A program made the position numbers and the translations under genes. DNA of 64,000 nt from Rhodothermales bacterium (GTDB lineage: Bacteria > Bacteroidota > Rhodothermia > Rhodothermales > Bin80), in assembly GCA_965215475.1 (NCBI GenBank), contig OZ244061.1, positions 3,431,282-3,495,281 on the forward strand, written 5' to 3'. Positions 40,018 to 50,509 of the stretch are shown here, in pieces; position 1 is the first letter of the stretch, and each line of letters opens with the position of its first letter. The notes beneath the pieces were generated by a model, which was not told the DNA's origin, searched no databases, and saw only the letters and a program-made list of their open reading frames with translations.

Positions 40018-40514
40018 TTTTATAGACAGGGAGAATGTTCAACGAATCTTGTACTCGATGAAACTACAACGACGACTCTTCATCTTCGGCAGTTACAGGT
40101 TTTAATCAAAAGTGGGATTCAAATACATATGTTGATTTGCATCTCATTCAATCCATATCCAAATGTACAAACGTGTCCAGATTGGCGCAGATGCCTACTG
40201 GAAAATATAACCTCTTCATTGAACAGTCATGTAAGATGCCTGGTAAGTACGTGAAGCTGCTGTTTGTGTTCTTTCAAACGTATTGGTACCGGTAAGAGAT
40301 CGTGCGAGTAAAAGTCTACGGATACGGTATCAAGCACGAGTGATATTCATGGTAAGCGATAGGTATGGAGATTTGACCAGTTAATTATGTCCTCGCGTCC
40401 ATTAGACAGAGAAAAGTCTGGGGGCTGGCAAACTAGGTGTATAACTTTCCTATTACGTATATCTGAATGTACATTTGGGGCCTTACATATTGAAATAAAG
40501 TGATTTTTTTCTGA

Positions 40515-41441
40515 ATGAGTGTTCTTGTAGTGGGTACGTTAGCGTTGGACGACATCGAAACTCCTTGGGAGAAGGCTGAGCGCATCCTTGGTGGGAGTAG
40601 TACTTATATTGCATTTGCGGCCAAAAAACTGGCGGATCCAATTGGAATTGTTGCGGTGGTAGGAAGAGATTTCCCCGAAGAGTTCAGACAGTTACTAGAA
40701 TCAAGTAACCTGGATCTTACCGGTTTACAAACCAGAGAGGATCACGATACGTTTGCGTGGGGAGGGAGCTACAGAGAGAATATGAATATCAGAGATACTC
40801 TGTTCACTCATCTGAATGTCTTGGCAGAATTCAATCCAATCATTCCAGAATCCTATATAGACAACAAAGTCTTATGCCTTGGGAATTTACCTCCTAAAAT
40901 ACAAAGTGATGTTTTAAGTCAAGTCAGTGAAAAGGGGTTTGTGGCATGTGATACCATGAATTACTGGATTCTTAATATGTGGGAAGAATTGCATGATGTT
41001 CTTTCACAGATTGATTGCCTTCTAATCAACGATGAGGAAGCTACCCAGATAACCGGTGAAATCAATCTCTACGCTGCCGGTCGCAAGGTATTGGAATTAG
41101 GTCCTAAAATATTAATCATTAAAAAAGGCGAGCATGGAGCAATTCTCTTCGTCGAAGAGCAAGTTTTTATTGTACCTAGTTTTCCCCTAGAAGAAGTTCG
41201 AGATCCGACAGGTGCGGGAGATGCATTTTTAGGCGCATTTGGAGGTAGTCTAGCAAATGAGTCATTTATCGGGATAGAAGCACTCAAGCGAGCGGTTGTA
41301 TATGGTTCCACTGTGGCTTCGTTTAGTGTAGAAAATATGGGGCCATATGAATTGGCAAAACTGAAAATTTCTGACATTGAAGAACGATCTAAATTGTTTC
41401 GGGGAATTACAGAATGGCCAACTTTGCACAGGCATGTTTAA
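40515..41441 (+). CDS. PfkB-family carbohydrate/nucleoside kinase
   Basis: 308 aa. N-terminus VVGTLALDDIETP; C-terminal motif DPTGAGDAFLGAFGG. Confidence 0.8.
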   Translation: MSVLVVGTLALDDIETPWEKAERILGGSSTYIAFAAKKLADPIGIVAVVGRDFPEEFRQLLESSNLDLTGLQTREDHDTFAWGGSYRENMNIRDTLFTHLNVLAEFNPIIPESYIDNKVLCLGNLPPKIQSDVLSQVSEKGFVACDTMNYWILNMWEELHDVLSQIDCLLINDEEATQITGEINLYAAGRKVLELGPKILIIKKGEHGAILFVEEQVFIVPSFPLEEVRDPTGAGDAFLGAFGGSLANESFIGIEALKRAVVYGSTVASFSVENMGPYELAKLKISDIEERSKLFRGITEWPTLHRHV

Positions 41442-41701
41442 TGTTTCGAGCTGGTATGCTCTGATTATTTAGGATATAGACGAAAGTGGGGAATTCATTC
41501 TCAGGTAGCCTCGGATTATCAATGCTCAAAGGCAGAGAATCAGATCGTGAATTGATGATATGTCATGTTTTCGAAACTGGAAATCGAATTCATGAATTTT
41601 GGAATAATGTGCAGAACCTATTCTGGAATGGAGAGAATAGCAGATGGAGCATATTCGACACTGATCTGAAAGAATGACTGGATCATCTGAGATGAGGATG
41701 G

Positions 41702-42070
41702 ATGCATAAAATTAGGCTTGTCAATGCAACTTTCTTTGCTCATCACGGGGTAACTCCCGAAGAGCGTCAGACGGGGGGGAAGTATGAGGTTGACGTTGAA
41801 GTGAAATTTGATTTTGAAGTAGCTGCCCAAAAAGATGATCTTGATGAGACGGTTTGCTATGAAATGATCTATCGCATTGCAGAACGTATCATTCAAGAGG
41901 AAAGGTATAAGTTGATAGAACGGATTGCTTTGTACATCGGTAACGAAGTTGCCGAACTCTCTACACAAATCGAGTACGTTGACGTTTATGTACGTAAACG
42001 GAATCCTCCAATAGGGGGAGTGGTTGACTATACCGAGGTGGTGTACAGAACTGAGGCAGTTAAAACATGA
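41702..42070 (+). CDS. folB: dihydroneopterin aldolase
   Basis: 122 aa with FFAHHGVTPEERQTGGKYEVDVEV and the YE.I....E tunnel-fold pattern. Confidence 0.8.
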   Translation: MHKIRLVNATFFAHHGVTPEERQTGGKYEVDVEVKFDFEVAAQKDDLDETVCYEMIYRIAERIIQEERYKLIERIALYIGNEVAELSTQIEYVDVYVRKRNPPIGGVVDYTEVVYRTEAVKT

Positions 42071-42653
42071 CCAGATCGCTGAAATGATTCTTGAGCAATG
42101 TGTACAATCGTCGAAGCGGCAGACCGACTACGTTATAATAGTCTCCATCAATTCGATCAATAAATAAAGCCCCCAAATCATCTTGAATTCCGTAAGCTCC
42201 GGCTTTATCAAGAGGAGAACCAGTTTTTACATAATTGGAAATTTCTGTTTCAGACAGTTGTCCAAAGGTAACCATGGTAGATTCCACTTCAGACATGACT
42301 CGATCAGATTCCCTGTGAACTAATGCGATTCCAGTACACACTATGTGTGTGGAGCCATTTAATTGACGAAGCATGTCAGCGGCTTCGGAAGTATCTTGAG
42401 GTTTTCCAAAGATCCGTCCACGTGAAACTACAAGGGTATCAGCCCCTAAAATCAATGCATTGGATTTTCTTGACGCGACTGAAGATGCTTTTTTGACTGC
42501 CAAATGTTCGACCAATTCCTCAGGCTTAAGATTCTCTGTAATGGTTTCGTCCACATCGGGGGAGATCGGAATAAAGGATATTCCAATCTGCCGAAGAAGC
42601 TTTCGTCTCCGTGGAGATTGGGAAGCTAAGATGAAGTCAGTATGAATCTGCAT
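42060..42653 (-). CDS. maf: Maf-family nucleoside triphosphate pyrophosphatase
   Basis: 197 aa with ILASQSPRRRKLL, GADTLV and KAGAYGIQD. Confidence 0.9.
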   Translation of the reverse strand: MQIHTDFILASQSPRRRKLLRQIGISFIPISPDVDETITENLKPEELVEHLAVKKASSVASRKSNALILGADTLVVSRGRIFGKPQDTSEAADMLRQLNGSTHIVCTGIALVHRESDRVMSEVESTMVTFGQLSETEISNYVKTGSPLDKAGAYGIQDDLGALFIDRIDGDYYNVVGLPLRRLYTLLKNHFSDLVMF

Positions 42654-42714
42654 GAAATGGACTTAAATCGCAGGCTAGAACTTTTTTGCTTGCGTAAAAT
42701 CAAAGGATAATATA

Positions 42715-43500
42715 ATGTCGATCATTACGGTTTGTAATCACAAAGGCGGAACGGGAAAAACTACAACATCGATACATATTGCTGCTGCGTTGCACTTGAT
42801 GGGATACAAGACCATGATAATTGACCTTGATCCACAGTCATTTTTGACACGCATGATGGATATATGGCCATCCGATACGGACAGTACAGTCCTGGATTTA
42901 TTTCAATCCGATAGTCGTCTATCTGATGTGAAAGTATTGAATCTACCTTCATTTGATTTACTTCCTTGTGCGGGCGGCCTGAATCATTTTTCAAGCAAAC
43001 TAACGAGTGCCTCGGATATGTTCTGGGTCCGGGAGTCACTCCAAGATCAGAGAATTTATGATACGATCATTATAGATACCGCGGCTGCAGTTTCGGTATA
43101 CGCACTAAATGCTATGATTGCTGCGAATATATTGATAGTTCCCGTAGTTCCCGAAGTACAATCTGTATATGGTGCAGAGCAGACTTGGAATACTGCGAAA
43201 GAGGTTCGAAAAAAATGGAACCCTGGTTTGAATACAGCAATGTTTCTTCTTACAAATGTGGATCGGCGAAAGAAAGCGCATCATCAGTATAGTAAGTACA
43301 TGCGTAAGACATACCAAAATCAAGTAATGGATACGGTGATTCGTACATGTGCTTCGCTTGCTAGGGAGTGTAAGAATGGTGCCACTGTATTTGAGAGGGA
43401 TATAGAATCTCGTGGAGCTAAAGATCACGCGGCGGTTGTAGATGAATTAGTTCGATATGTGCTCCCCCCTCCCACAAAACTAGACGCTGAGATTGGATAA
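42715..43500 (+). CDS. ParA/MinD-family P-loop ATPase (no parB nearby)
   Basis: Deviant Walker A CNHKGGTGKTTT; IIDLDPQ; IIIDTAA. The stop overlaps the next start (TAATG). Confidence 0.8.
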   Translation: MSIITVCNHKGGTGKTTTSIHIAAALHLMGYKTMIIDLDPQSFLTRMMDIWPSDTDSTVLDLFQSDSRLSDVKVLNLPSFDLLPCAGGLNHFSSKLTSASDMFWVRESLQDQRIYDTIIIDTAAAVSVYALNAMIAANILIVPVVPEVQSVYGAEQTWNTAKEVRKKWNPGLNTAMFLLTNVDRRKKAHHQYSKYMRKTYQNQVMDTVIRTCASLARECKNGATVFERDIESRGAKDHAAVVDELVRYVLPPPTKLDAEIG

Positions 43501-45911
43501 TGCTGAGGTTTACGTTCCACCTAATCGTGACTGTGGGCTTGATTTTGGTGTTACATTATGGTCCAGGCGGGATCGCGCCGCTGGGGAACCTGATCGACCC
43601 TGCTCGTGGTTTCTACCATAATGCACGTATAGCTGAACACGATTCAAGGGAAGTAAGAAATCTATCTGCTCTGGGCGAAAGTGTGATCATTGAGCGTGAT
43701 GAGCGAGCTGTTCCCCATATTTTTGCCACTAATGATAGGGATGCTATCGTTGCACTCGGATATATTACGGCACAGGATCGATTGTTTCAGATGGATTTTA
43801 TAAGCCGTGTTGCCGCCGGGCGGATGTCAGAAGTTTTCGGTCCAAGTTCAATCGAAACAGATAGATATTTAAGGGCAACGGGCATGAACTGGGCTGCGAA
43901 GCAAATGGTACAGACGCATGCTCAGGAGCAAAGTCTCGACTATGATTTGATGTTATGGTTTTCTGAAGGTGTCAATGCATACATCAATAGTCTTTCCTAT
44001 TCCGAGTTGCCATTTGAATTCAAATTATTTGGATCTGTCCCAGAGGAACGAACGCCATTACATACAATTCTCCTATTACAGTACTTCAATTTTGACCTGT
44101 CATTTGGATCAGATGAAATGGCTTATGGACTGGCACAGGCCCGTTTGACTCCTGAAGATTATGCCGAGTTGTACCCGCGCCACGCTACCCGCTACAAGCC
44201 CATCATTCCTCCAGAGTTGATGACTTCAAAGGGATCTTCCTCTGAGATGAAGTCTCCATCAATGGCCTCATTAGAGGCGTTAGAATTATTGAATCGAATG
44301 CAGAGTACACTAAGGGATCATGGACTTGAGGGATATCAACCTTCCAAGGGATCAAACAACTGGGCAGTAACAGGGGAGCAATCTGCTACGGGTTCGCCGA
44401 TTCTGGCGGGTGATATGCATCTATCACTATCGCTACCATCGATCTGGTATGAGGCGCATATAGCCACACCTTCCATGAATACGTATGGCGTACTTTCCCC
44501 AGGTGTGCCAGTGCTTGTCGAAGCGTTTAACGATCATGTCTCCTGGGCTTACACGAATTCAGGCCTAGATGGAATTGATCATTATATACTTCGGTTAAGC
44601 GAAGATGGAAGGAGTTATGAATTTGATGGAGAATGGATACCTCTGCAAATGTTGCCGGATACAATCCATGTGAAAGGGGAACAGGCGATAATTGATACTC
44701 TGGCCCTATCCCATTTGGGTCCAGTCGTGATGGATTCAAGTACTGCGGTTGCAATCAAATGGGTGGCACATGAAAACAATCACATGGTGACCGCTCTTTG
44801 GGATATGAATCGTGCAAAAGATGCAATTCAACTAGATAGTGCATTACATAATTGGCATTCCCCAGCCATGAACATACTTTATGCAGACACCAAGGGGACG
44901 ATTGGAATCCGGGTCGCTGGTATTGCACCGATTCGCGGCTCCGGTCACGGGGTTGGATTTCTGGATGGAAGTACCAGTACCACAGAATGGATTGGGAACA
45001 TCCCCTTTGAGGAGATGCCTGGTGCCGTGAACCCTCCTCACGGATATCTCACCTCTACCAATCAGCAGCCGACAACCGCAGATTATCCTTATTATTTGAA
45101 GCATAATTGGAGTGCAGCCTACCGTTCTTTGCGCATTGACACACTGCTTTCAGGCAAGAATCAGCATAGCGTTGAAGACATAAGACATTATCAAGCAGAT
45201 TTTTATGTAGGACAATATGATGCATTTGTGCCGCTACTTGCTTCCGTGCGTTCACTCTCGTCTGAGGCTGAAGCCGTCCGTAGTGCACTGATTGAATGGA
45301 ATGGATTTGCTGAGGGTGAAACAATCGGGCCGCTCGCCCTACATGAATATTTGATTGCTCTGAAACGTCTCACATGGGACGAACCTGTATTTGTGGATCT
45401 TCCAGTGCCAACCGAGACCGTTCTTCACACGCTACTGAATCGTGGTTCCAAGTGGCTTGATATTCAGGGAACTCCAGCGATTGAGGATGCAGAAGCGCTC
45501 ATGGCTGCAGCCTTGGAAGAGGCGTCAAGCACATTGCTGAGCCAGTATGGAAATGACTGGAGATGGACTTCACATCACCATGTGATTTTTCGACATCTGA
45601 CCCAAACTCCGGCATTAGATGTCTTATGGCGTGGACCGTACGTTTATCCAGGTTATGACGAAACCCTGGGTCCAGGAGATGGACTGGACGTCACTCATAG
45701 TGCAAGTTGGCGTGTGGTTGTAGATTTTAGTTCTAGTTTACCAGAGGGAACTGGAATTTACCCTGGGGGGCAGAGTGGTAATCCACTCAGCGAGTATTAT
45801 GATCTACACCTACAGGATTATGTGAATTATGATCACTATCAACTACATAAGCCCCGAAAACCCGGTGAGTTGGAGTCCGTTTCATCTTTTCTTACATTAG
45901 AAGCGTATTGA
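43500..45911 (+). CDS. penicillin acylase-family Ntn hydrolase (possible AHL/beta-lactam acylase)
   Basis: 803 aa with the autoprocessing/nucleophile motif GSNNWAV...ILAGDMH and the N-terminal DRLFQMDF block. Confidence 0.8.
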   Translation: MLRFTFHLIVTVGLILVLHYGPGGIAPLGNLIDPARGFYHNARIAEHDSREVRNLSALGESVIIERDERAVPHIFATNDRDAIVALGYITAQDRLFQMDFISRVAAGRMSEVFGPSSIETDRYLRATGMNWAAKQMVQTHAQEQSLDYDLMLWFSEGVNAYINSLSYSELPFEFKLFGSVPEERTPLHTILLLQYFNFDLSFGSDEMAYGLAQARLTPEDYAELYPRHATRYKPIIPPELMTSKGSSSEMKSPSMASLEALELLNRMQSTLRDHGLEGYQPSKGSNNWAVTGEQSATGSPILAGDMHLSLSLPSIWYEAHIATPSMNTYGVLSPGVPVLVEAFNDHVSWAYTNSGLDGIDHYILRLSEDGRSYEFDGEWIPLQMLPDTIHVKGEQAIIDTLALSHLGPVVMDSSTAVAIKWVAHENNHMVTALWDMNRAKDAIQLDSALHNWHSPAMNILYADTKGTIGIRVAGIAPIRGSGHGVGFLDGSTSTTEWIGNIPFEEMPGAVNPPHGYLTSTNQQPTTADYPYYLKHNWSAAYRSLRIDTLLSGKNQHSVEDIRHYQADFYVGQYDAFVPLLASVRSLSSEAEAVRSALIEWNGFAEGETIGPLALHEYLIALKRLTWDEPVFVDLPVPTETVLHTLLNRGSKWLDIQGTPAIEDAEALMAAALEEASSTLLSQYGNDWRWTSHHHVIFRHLTQTPALDVLWRGPYVYPGYDETLGPGDGLDVTHSASWRVVVDFSSSLPEGTGIYPGGQSGNPLSEYYDLHLQDYVNYDHYQLHKPRKPGELESVSSFLTLEAY

Positions 45912-45953
45912 ATCCGCTGCCTAGAATGATTGAACATAAATGCATCATGGGAA

Positions 45954-47204
45954 TCAGTCGTGTTCCCATAGCATACGAATTGGGATTACATACATCCCAT
46001 CCCCGAAACTCCCGCACATTTCCCCATCGTACAGCACTGCTCCAAACGTGAATTTATCAGGATAAGCCGCCTTGATTTTATGTAACCCCCGGAAGTCGGA
46101 TTTAGAAATACTGGCCGCGGCTTTGACTTCAATCCCCGCGATCTCAAAGGCGCCGCGTTCGATAACCATATCTACCTCAACCCCATCTCGGTCACGAAAA
46201 TGGTGGAATATGTAACGCTCATGTGATGAACTGGCCTGCCGTTTCAATTCCTGAAAGACAAATGTTTCAACGAGTTGCCCAAGCAGTCCGCGGTTTTTTA
46301 GTAAAGCATTAGCATCGACTCCGAGTAAGGCGCATGCCAGTCCGGTGTCACCAAAGTGGATTTTGGGAGTTTTGATCAGCCTTTTCATTCGATTTCCGTG
46401 CCATGGTGGAAGGCGTTCGATCAGGAATTGATGCTCCAATAATATTGCATAATCGCGAACTGTGTTGTAATTCATCTGCAATTTTGATGCCAATGTTGAC
46501 AGATTGAAGAGTTGCCCTGACAAATTTGCGGCGTATTTCAGCAAATTTGGTATTGCTTCAAGGGAGCGAATTTTAGATAGATCAAGTACATCTTTTTGGA
46601 TGATATTATGAATATAATTCTGGAACCAAACAGTACGTCTACGGCGAACTGGACGGTTAAGAGCTTCAGGATAGCCCCCGGAAACGATCCGGTCAGCAAG
46701 ATTTTTTGCCAGTCGATTTTTTTGGCGCATTTGAAAATCACCAGCAAAAAGCCGGTCCAGGAAAGGGGGAGATTGGGTCTGTTCAATTTCTTGCTGTGAC
46801 AAGGGATGAAGGCGGAGAACTTCCATCCGGCCGACAAGGGCATCGGCTAGTTCTGGCACAAGGAGTAAACTCGTTGAACCTGTCAAGATGAATCGACCCG
46901 GTTTTCTGTTACGGTCCACCGAAAGCTTTAGAGCACGGCACAATTCGGGTACACGCTGAATTTCATCGAGTATGACTTGGTCTGGACAATCACTAATGAA
47001 CCCCATCGGGTCGTTCTGGGCAAATATTCGGGTTTCCGCATCGTCGAAGGTGTAATAGGAATAATCGAGTGATTCTCCCATATTTTTTACAAAGGTTGTT
47101 TTCCCGGATTGACGTGGTCCATGGATCAGTGTTACGGGTGTATCCCGAATGGATTCAATGAGCAAGAATCGTAATTGCCTGGGGATAAACTTCTGTTTGG
47201 ACAT
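45954..47204 (-). CDS. AAA_14 + DUF4143 ATPase
   Basis: 416 aa with Walker A GPRQSGKTTF and Walker B VILDEIQ. The C-terminal DUF4143-like region includes FLIERLPPW. Confidence 0.75.
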   Translation of the reverse strand: MSKQKFIPRQLRFLLIESIRDTPVTLIHGPRQSGKTTFVKNMGESLDYSYYTFDDAETRIFAQNDPMGFISDCPDQVILDEIQRVPELCRALKLSVDRNRKPGRFILTGSTSLLLVPELADALVGRMEVLRLHPLSQQEIEQTQSPPFLDRLFAGDFQMRQKNRLAKNLADRIVSGGYPEALNRPVRRRRTVWFQNYIHNIIQKDVLDLSKIRSLEAIPNLLKYAANLSGQLFNLSTLASKLQMNYNTVRDYAILLEHQFLIERLPPWHGNRMKRLIKTPKIHFGDTGLACALLGVDANALLKNRGLLGQLVETFVFQELKRQASSSHERYIFHHFRDRDGVEVDMVIERGAFEIAGIEVKAAASISKSDFRGLHKIKAAYPDKFTFGAVLYDGEMCGSFGDGMYVIPIRMLWEHD

Positions 47205-47206
47205 AC

Positions 47207-47247
47207 TTCGGCAGATTTTCAGTTAACATTTCGGCAGATTTTCAGTT
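47207..47247. repeat. perfect 18-bp direct repeat (TTCGGCAGATTTTCAGTT) x2, 23-bp period
   Basis: Copies at 47207..47224 and 47230..47247, immediately upstream of the ATG (47204) of the minus-strand ATPase gene. Confidence 0.8.
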
Positions 47248-47582
47248 TCAACATACTAGAACTATTCGAAATGCCTTTTGCAAATCATCAAAAATAGATT
47301 TTGAGTATGTAGATTCGTTTCATGAATTCTATGAAGAAACCCCACATACACCTGAAGAGATTCAATGTGTGTAAGGGACAATCATTGAAGGTTTAACCGA
47401 ATATTTATTCGGTTGAATTTCTCTCGATTTCCATTGGTCATTCACATATTGATCTAGTGCACATCTTTGCTGAATCCAGCGATTTTAGTATCTTCTTGGA
47501 TGCTCTGGAAGATATTTTTGGGAATTATATACGTGAGTACCCAAAGAATGAAACCATTCTGCTTTGGAGAGATAACAGACAC

Positions 47583-47611
47583 AATAGGATAGATATACAG
47601 TCTATCCTATT
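47583..47611 (+). other. perfect 11-bp stem / 7-nt loop hairpin, candidate IS200/IS605 left-end (LE) structure
   Basis: AATAGGATAGA-tatacag-TCTATCCTATT, 31 nt upstream of the tnpB start. No T-tract follows, so it does not look like a terminator. Confidence 0.55.
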
Positions 47612-47641
47612 GCTTACCATAATATCAATCAGACTGATACC

Positions 47642-48894
47642 ATGCCTGTTCAGGCTTCAAACAAGAACGAGAAAAGTAGTTCCTACCGGGGCGTGGAGTA
47701 TCGTCTATGTCCGGGGACGCAAGGGAAAGCAAAGAAACTCGCCGGGTTAGCGGGGGCGTGTCGGTTTGCGTGGAATGCCATTCTTGCCGAATGTCAGGAA
47801 GAATACGACGCAGTTCGAGATACAGACCAGCCAAAGCCTTCGCTCTCGTTTTTCTCGCTGGGAAAGCGGTTTACCAAATTACGTCAATCCACAGAATGGC
47901 TAGACCAGTATTCCTTTACGGTTGTCCGGTATGCCTTGAAGTATCAGGCAGAGGCGTGGCAGGCTTTCTTCAAGGGGCAACGAGAACATCTCCGATTTCA
48001 TTCAAGGAGCGCACACAAGGATTCCTTTACCGCGATTCAAGGAGCGTTCAAAATGGACGGCGAGAATGTATACATCCAAAAGATTGGTTGGATGAAGTTC
48101 CGGCGCAAAGGAGGCGATCCATACCCTGACGGGGAGCCAATTGAAGTCACCGTGAAGAAAGACGGACGGTACTGGAAGATGAGCGTAATGTACAAAGTCA
48201 CGAATCTACCCGAGAAGGTGGACGATGGCAAAGAGATTGGCATTGACTTGAATACCTATAACCTCTCGTATTCTTCTACGGATGGGGAACAAGGCATGCT
48301 ACCGATTTCAGATTTGACGGATAAGGAGATCAAGATCCGTAGGTATCAACGTAAGTTAGCCCGACAGCAATGGGGCGGTCCAAGAATACGCAGAAGAAGA
48401 TTTCTAAATTGAAGCGTCAGCAGCGCAACGCGAGGAAGAATGCGGCACATCAACATAGCCGTAGGTTGTCCAATAAGGCGTATACGTTGAAGCGTGAAGA
48501 CTTGAAGATCAAGAACATGTCCAAGTCTGCCAAGGGCACGGTGGAGAGCCCTTGGACCAATGTGAAGGCAAAAGCAGGGTTAAACCGCGTCATTCTCAAC
48601 TCTGGATGGAGCAGGTTCAATACCTATTGCGATTACAAGTTTGGCAGGGTTGTCACGGTGGATCCAAAGTACACCAGTCAACGCTGTAATCAGTGTGGAC
48701 ATACAGATAAAAACAATCGCAAGACGCAAAGCAAGTTTAAGTGTGTGGCATGTGGCCATGCGGATCACGCAGATATCAACGCATCTGCGAATGTGTTACA
48801 GGCCTCCGGGATTGGGGCATCTGCACGTGGAGGAGCGTTCTCGTTAGAGACTCCTATGAGCCGTGAAATGGATACGCAACAGGTAGCCGTCTAA
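47642..48894 (+). pseudogene. tnpB: IS200/IS605-family TnpB (OrfB_IS605, RuvC + zinc finger) with one frameshift near 48370; no tnpA
   Basis: ORF 47642..48412 continues as ORF 48370..48894. The RuvC residues look intact (IGIDLN; KREDLKIKNMS; HADHADINASANV), as does the zinc finger CNQCGH...CVACGH. Confidence 0.8.
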
Positions 48895-48969
48895 TTGATG
48901 GGTACTCACGTATATAATTCCCATGTTTTTAGCTACATTACCGAACGAATCCATTGATTAATATAGATT

Positions 48970-50469
48970 ATGAACAGTAGCACACAGCGTTTCACATCCC
49001 GTTGGGGAATGCTTTTGACCGTGCTAGGTATGGCGGTTGGGACGGGAAATATCTGGAGGTTTCCCCGAATCGCGGCGACGAATAGTGGAGACGACGGGGC
49101 AGGAGCATTTCTTGTAGCTTGGCTCGTTTTCCTGTTCGTATGGAGCGTTCCCCTCATTATTGCAGAGTATGCACTGGGACGCAAAGGACGACTCGGAGTG
49201 ATTGGGACATTCACCAAGCTTGCGGGTGATCGTTTTAGCTGGATGGGCGCGTTCTGTACGTTTGTTGGTGCAGCGATTTTATTTTATTATACCGTCGTGG
49301 CTGGGTGGTGTGTCTATTATCTTGGAAGGATGGTTATCCTTGGTCCAGACCTCACGTATGAGGCTGCACAGGGTGCATGGGATGGCTTTCAGAGCAGTTA
49401 TTTTCCGCTACTTTTTCATGTGCTTGTGATTGGAGTAGGAGCTTGGGCCGTATGGAAAGGGGTCGGGCGAATTGAGCGAGTAAATAAATTTCTGGTTCCA
49501 ACACTTCTGGTAATAGTATTGATCGCACTGGTGAGAACCGTCTTTCTAAATGGTGCTGGAGAAGGAATTCAATTTTTATTTACCCCCGACTGGCCTACAT
49601 TGAGACAACCCAAGATATGGCTTGAAGCCCTGACACAGAATGCGTGGGATACAGGGGCCGGATGGGGATTAGTTCTCACGTATGGAGCTTATATGCAGAG
49701 TAGGCATGGGGTTGTTCAGAATGCATTCATTACAGGTGTCGGGAATAATACAGTCTCCATCTTTGCTGCAATCATTGTATTCGGAACTGTATTTGCAATT
49801 CTGGGACAGGAGATGTCTCGCCCCGAAGTACTTGAAGTGATGCGCACTAGTGGGCCTGCTGCCACCGGGCTCACCTTTATCTGGATGCCACAACTATTTG
49901 CAAAAATGCCGGCTGGTGGTATTCTGGCAGTTCTATTCTTTTTGGGTCTTTCCTGTGCAGCCATTAGTTCAATGATATCCATGATCGAAATGGTTGTGCG
50001 CTCCGTAATAGATTTTGGAGTAAATCGGTTGCATGCTATTGTCGGGGTTTCCATTGCATCCTTGGTCTTGGGGCTTCCATCTGCGATCAATCTTGGCTTT
50101 TTTGAAAATCAGGATTTTGTATGGGGCTTGGCACTTATCATTTCAGGGGCGTTCATGGCGATCTTGGTCATTCGACAGGGAGCTCGTTCATTCCGTGAAA
50201 AAGAAATTGATAATATGGTAGGAGATTGGGTTTCTGGCAGGCCATGGGACATTCTTATGAGCTATGTTGTACCACTTTTGGCGTGTGTGTTATTAGGCTG
50301 GTGGTTGTGGTTATCCGTAACGGTTTATGCTCCAGATACCTGGTATAATCCGATGGACCCGTTTAGCCTGATGACGTGTATTCTACAATGGGGGATTGTA
50401 ATCGCGATACTGCTGATTCTGAACCGCTTTATGGCAAAGCGTATTCGGTCCACGAATAATTTGGCATGA
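48970..50469 (+). CDS. sodium-dependent transporter, NSS/SNF family
   Basis: 499 aa, polytopic, with the N-terminal hallmark GMAVGTGNIWRFP. Confidence 0.85.
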   Translation: MNSSTQRFTSRWGMLLTVLGMAVGTGNIWRFPRIAATNSGDDGAGAFLVAWLVFLFVWSVPLIIAEYALGRKGRLGVIGTFTKLAGDRFSWMGAFCTFVGAAILFYYTVVAGWCVYYLGRMVILGPDLTYEAAQGAWDGFQSSYFPLLFHVLVIGVGAWAVWKGVGRIERVNKFLVPTLLVIVLIALVRTVFLNGAGEGIQFLFTPDWPTLRQPKIWLEALTQNAWDTGAGWGLVLTYGAYMQSRHGVVQNAFITGVGNNTVSIFAAIIVFGTVFAILGQEMSRPEVLEVMRTSGPAATGLTFIWMPQLFAKMPAGGILAVLFFLGLSCAAISSMISMIEMVVRSVIDFGVNRLHAIVGVSIASLVLGLPSAINLGFFENQDFVWGLALIISGAFMAILVIRQGARSFREKEIDNMVGDWVSGRPWDILMSYVVPLLACVLLGWWLWLSVTVYAPDTWYNPMDPFSLMTCILQWGIVIAILLILNRFMAKRIRSTNNLA

Positions 50470-50509
50470 TATCTGCTTAAATACACAATAACCCTTCAAC
50501 AATGAAGTC

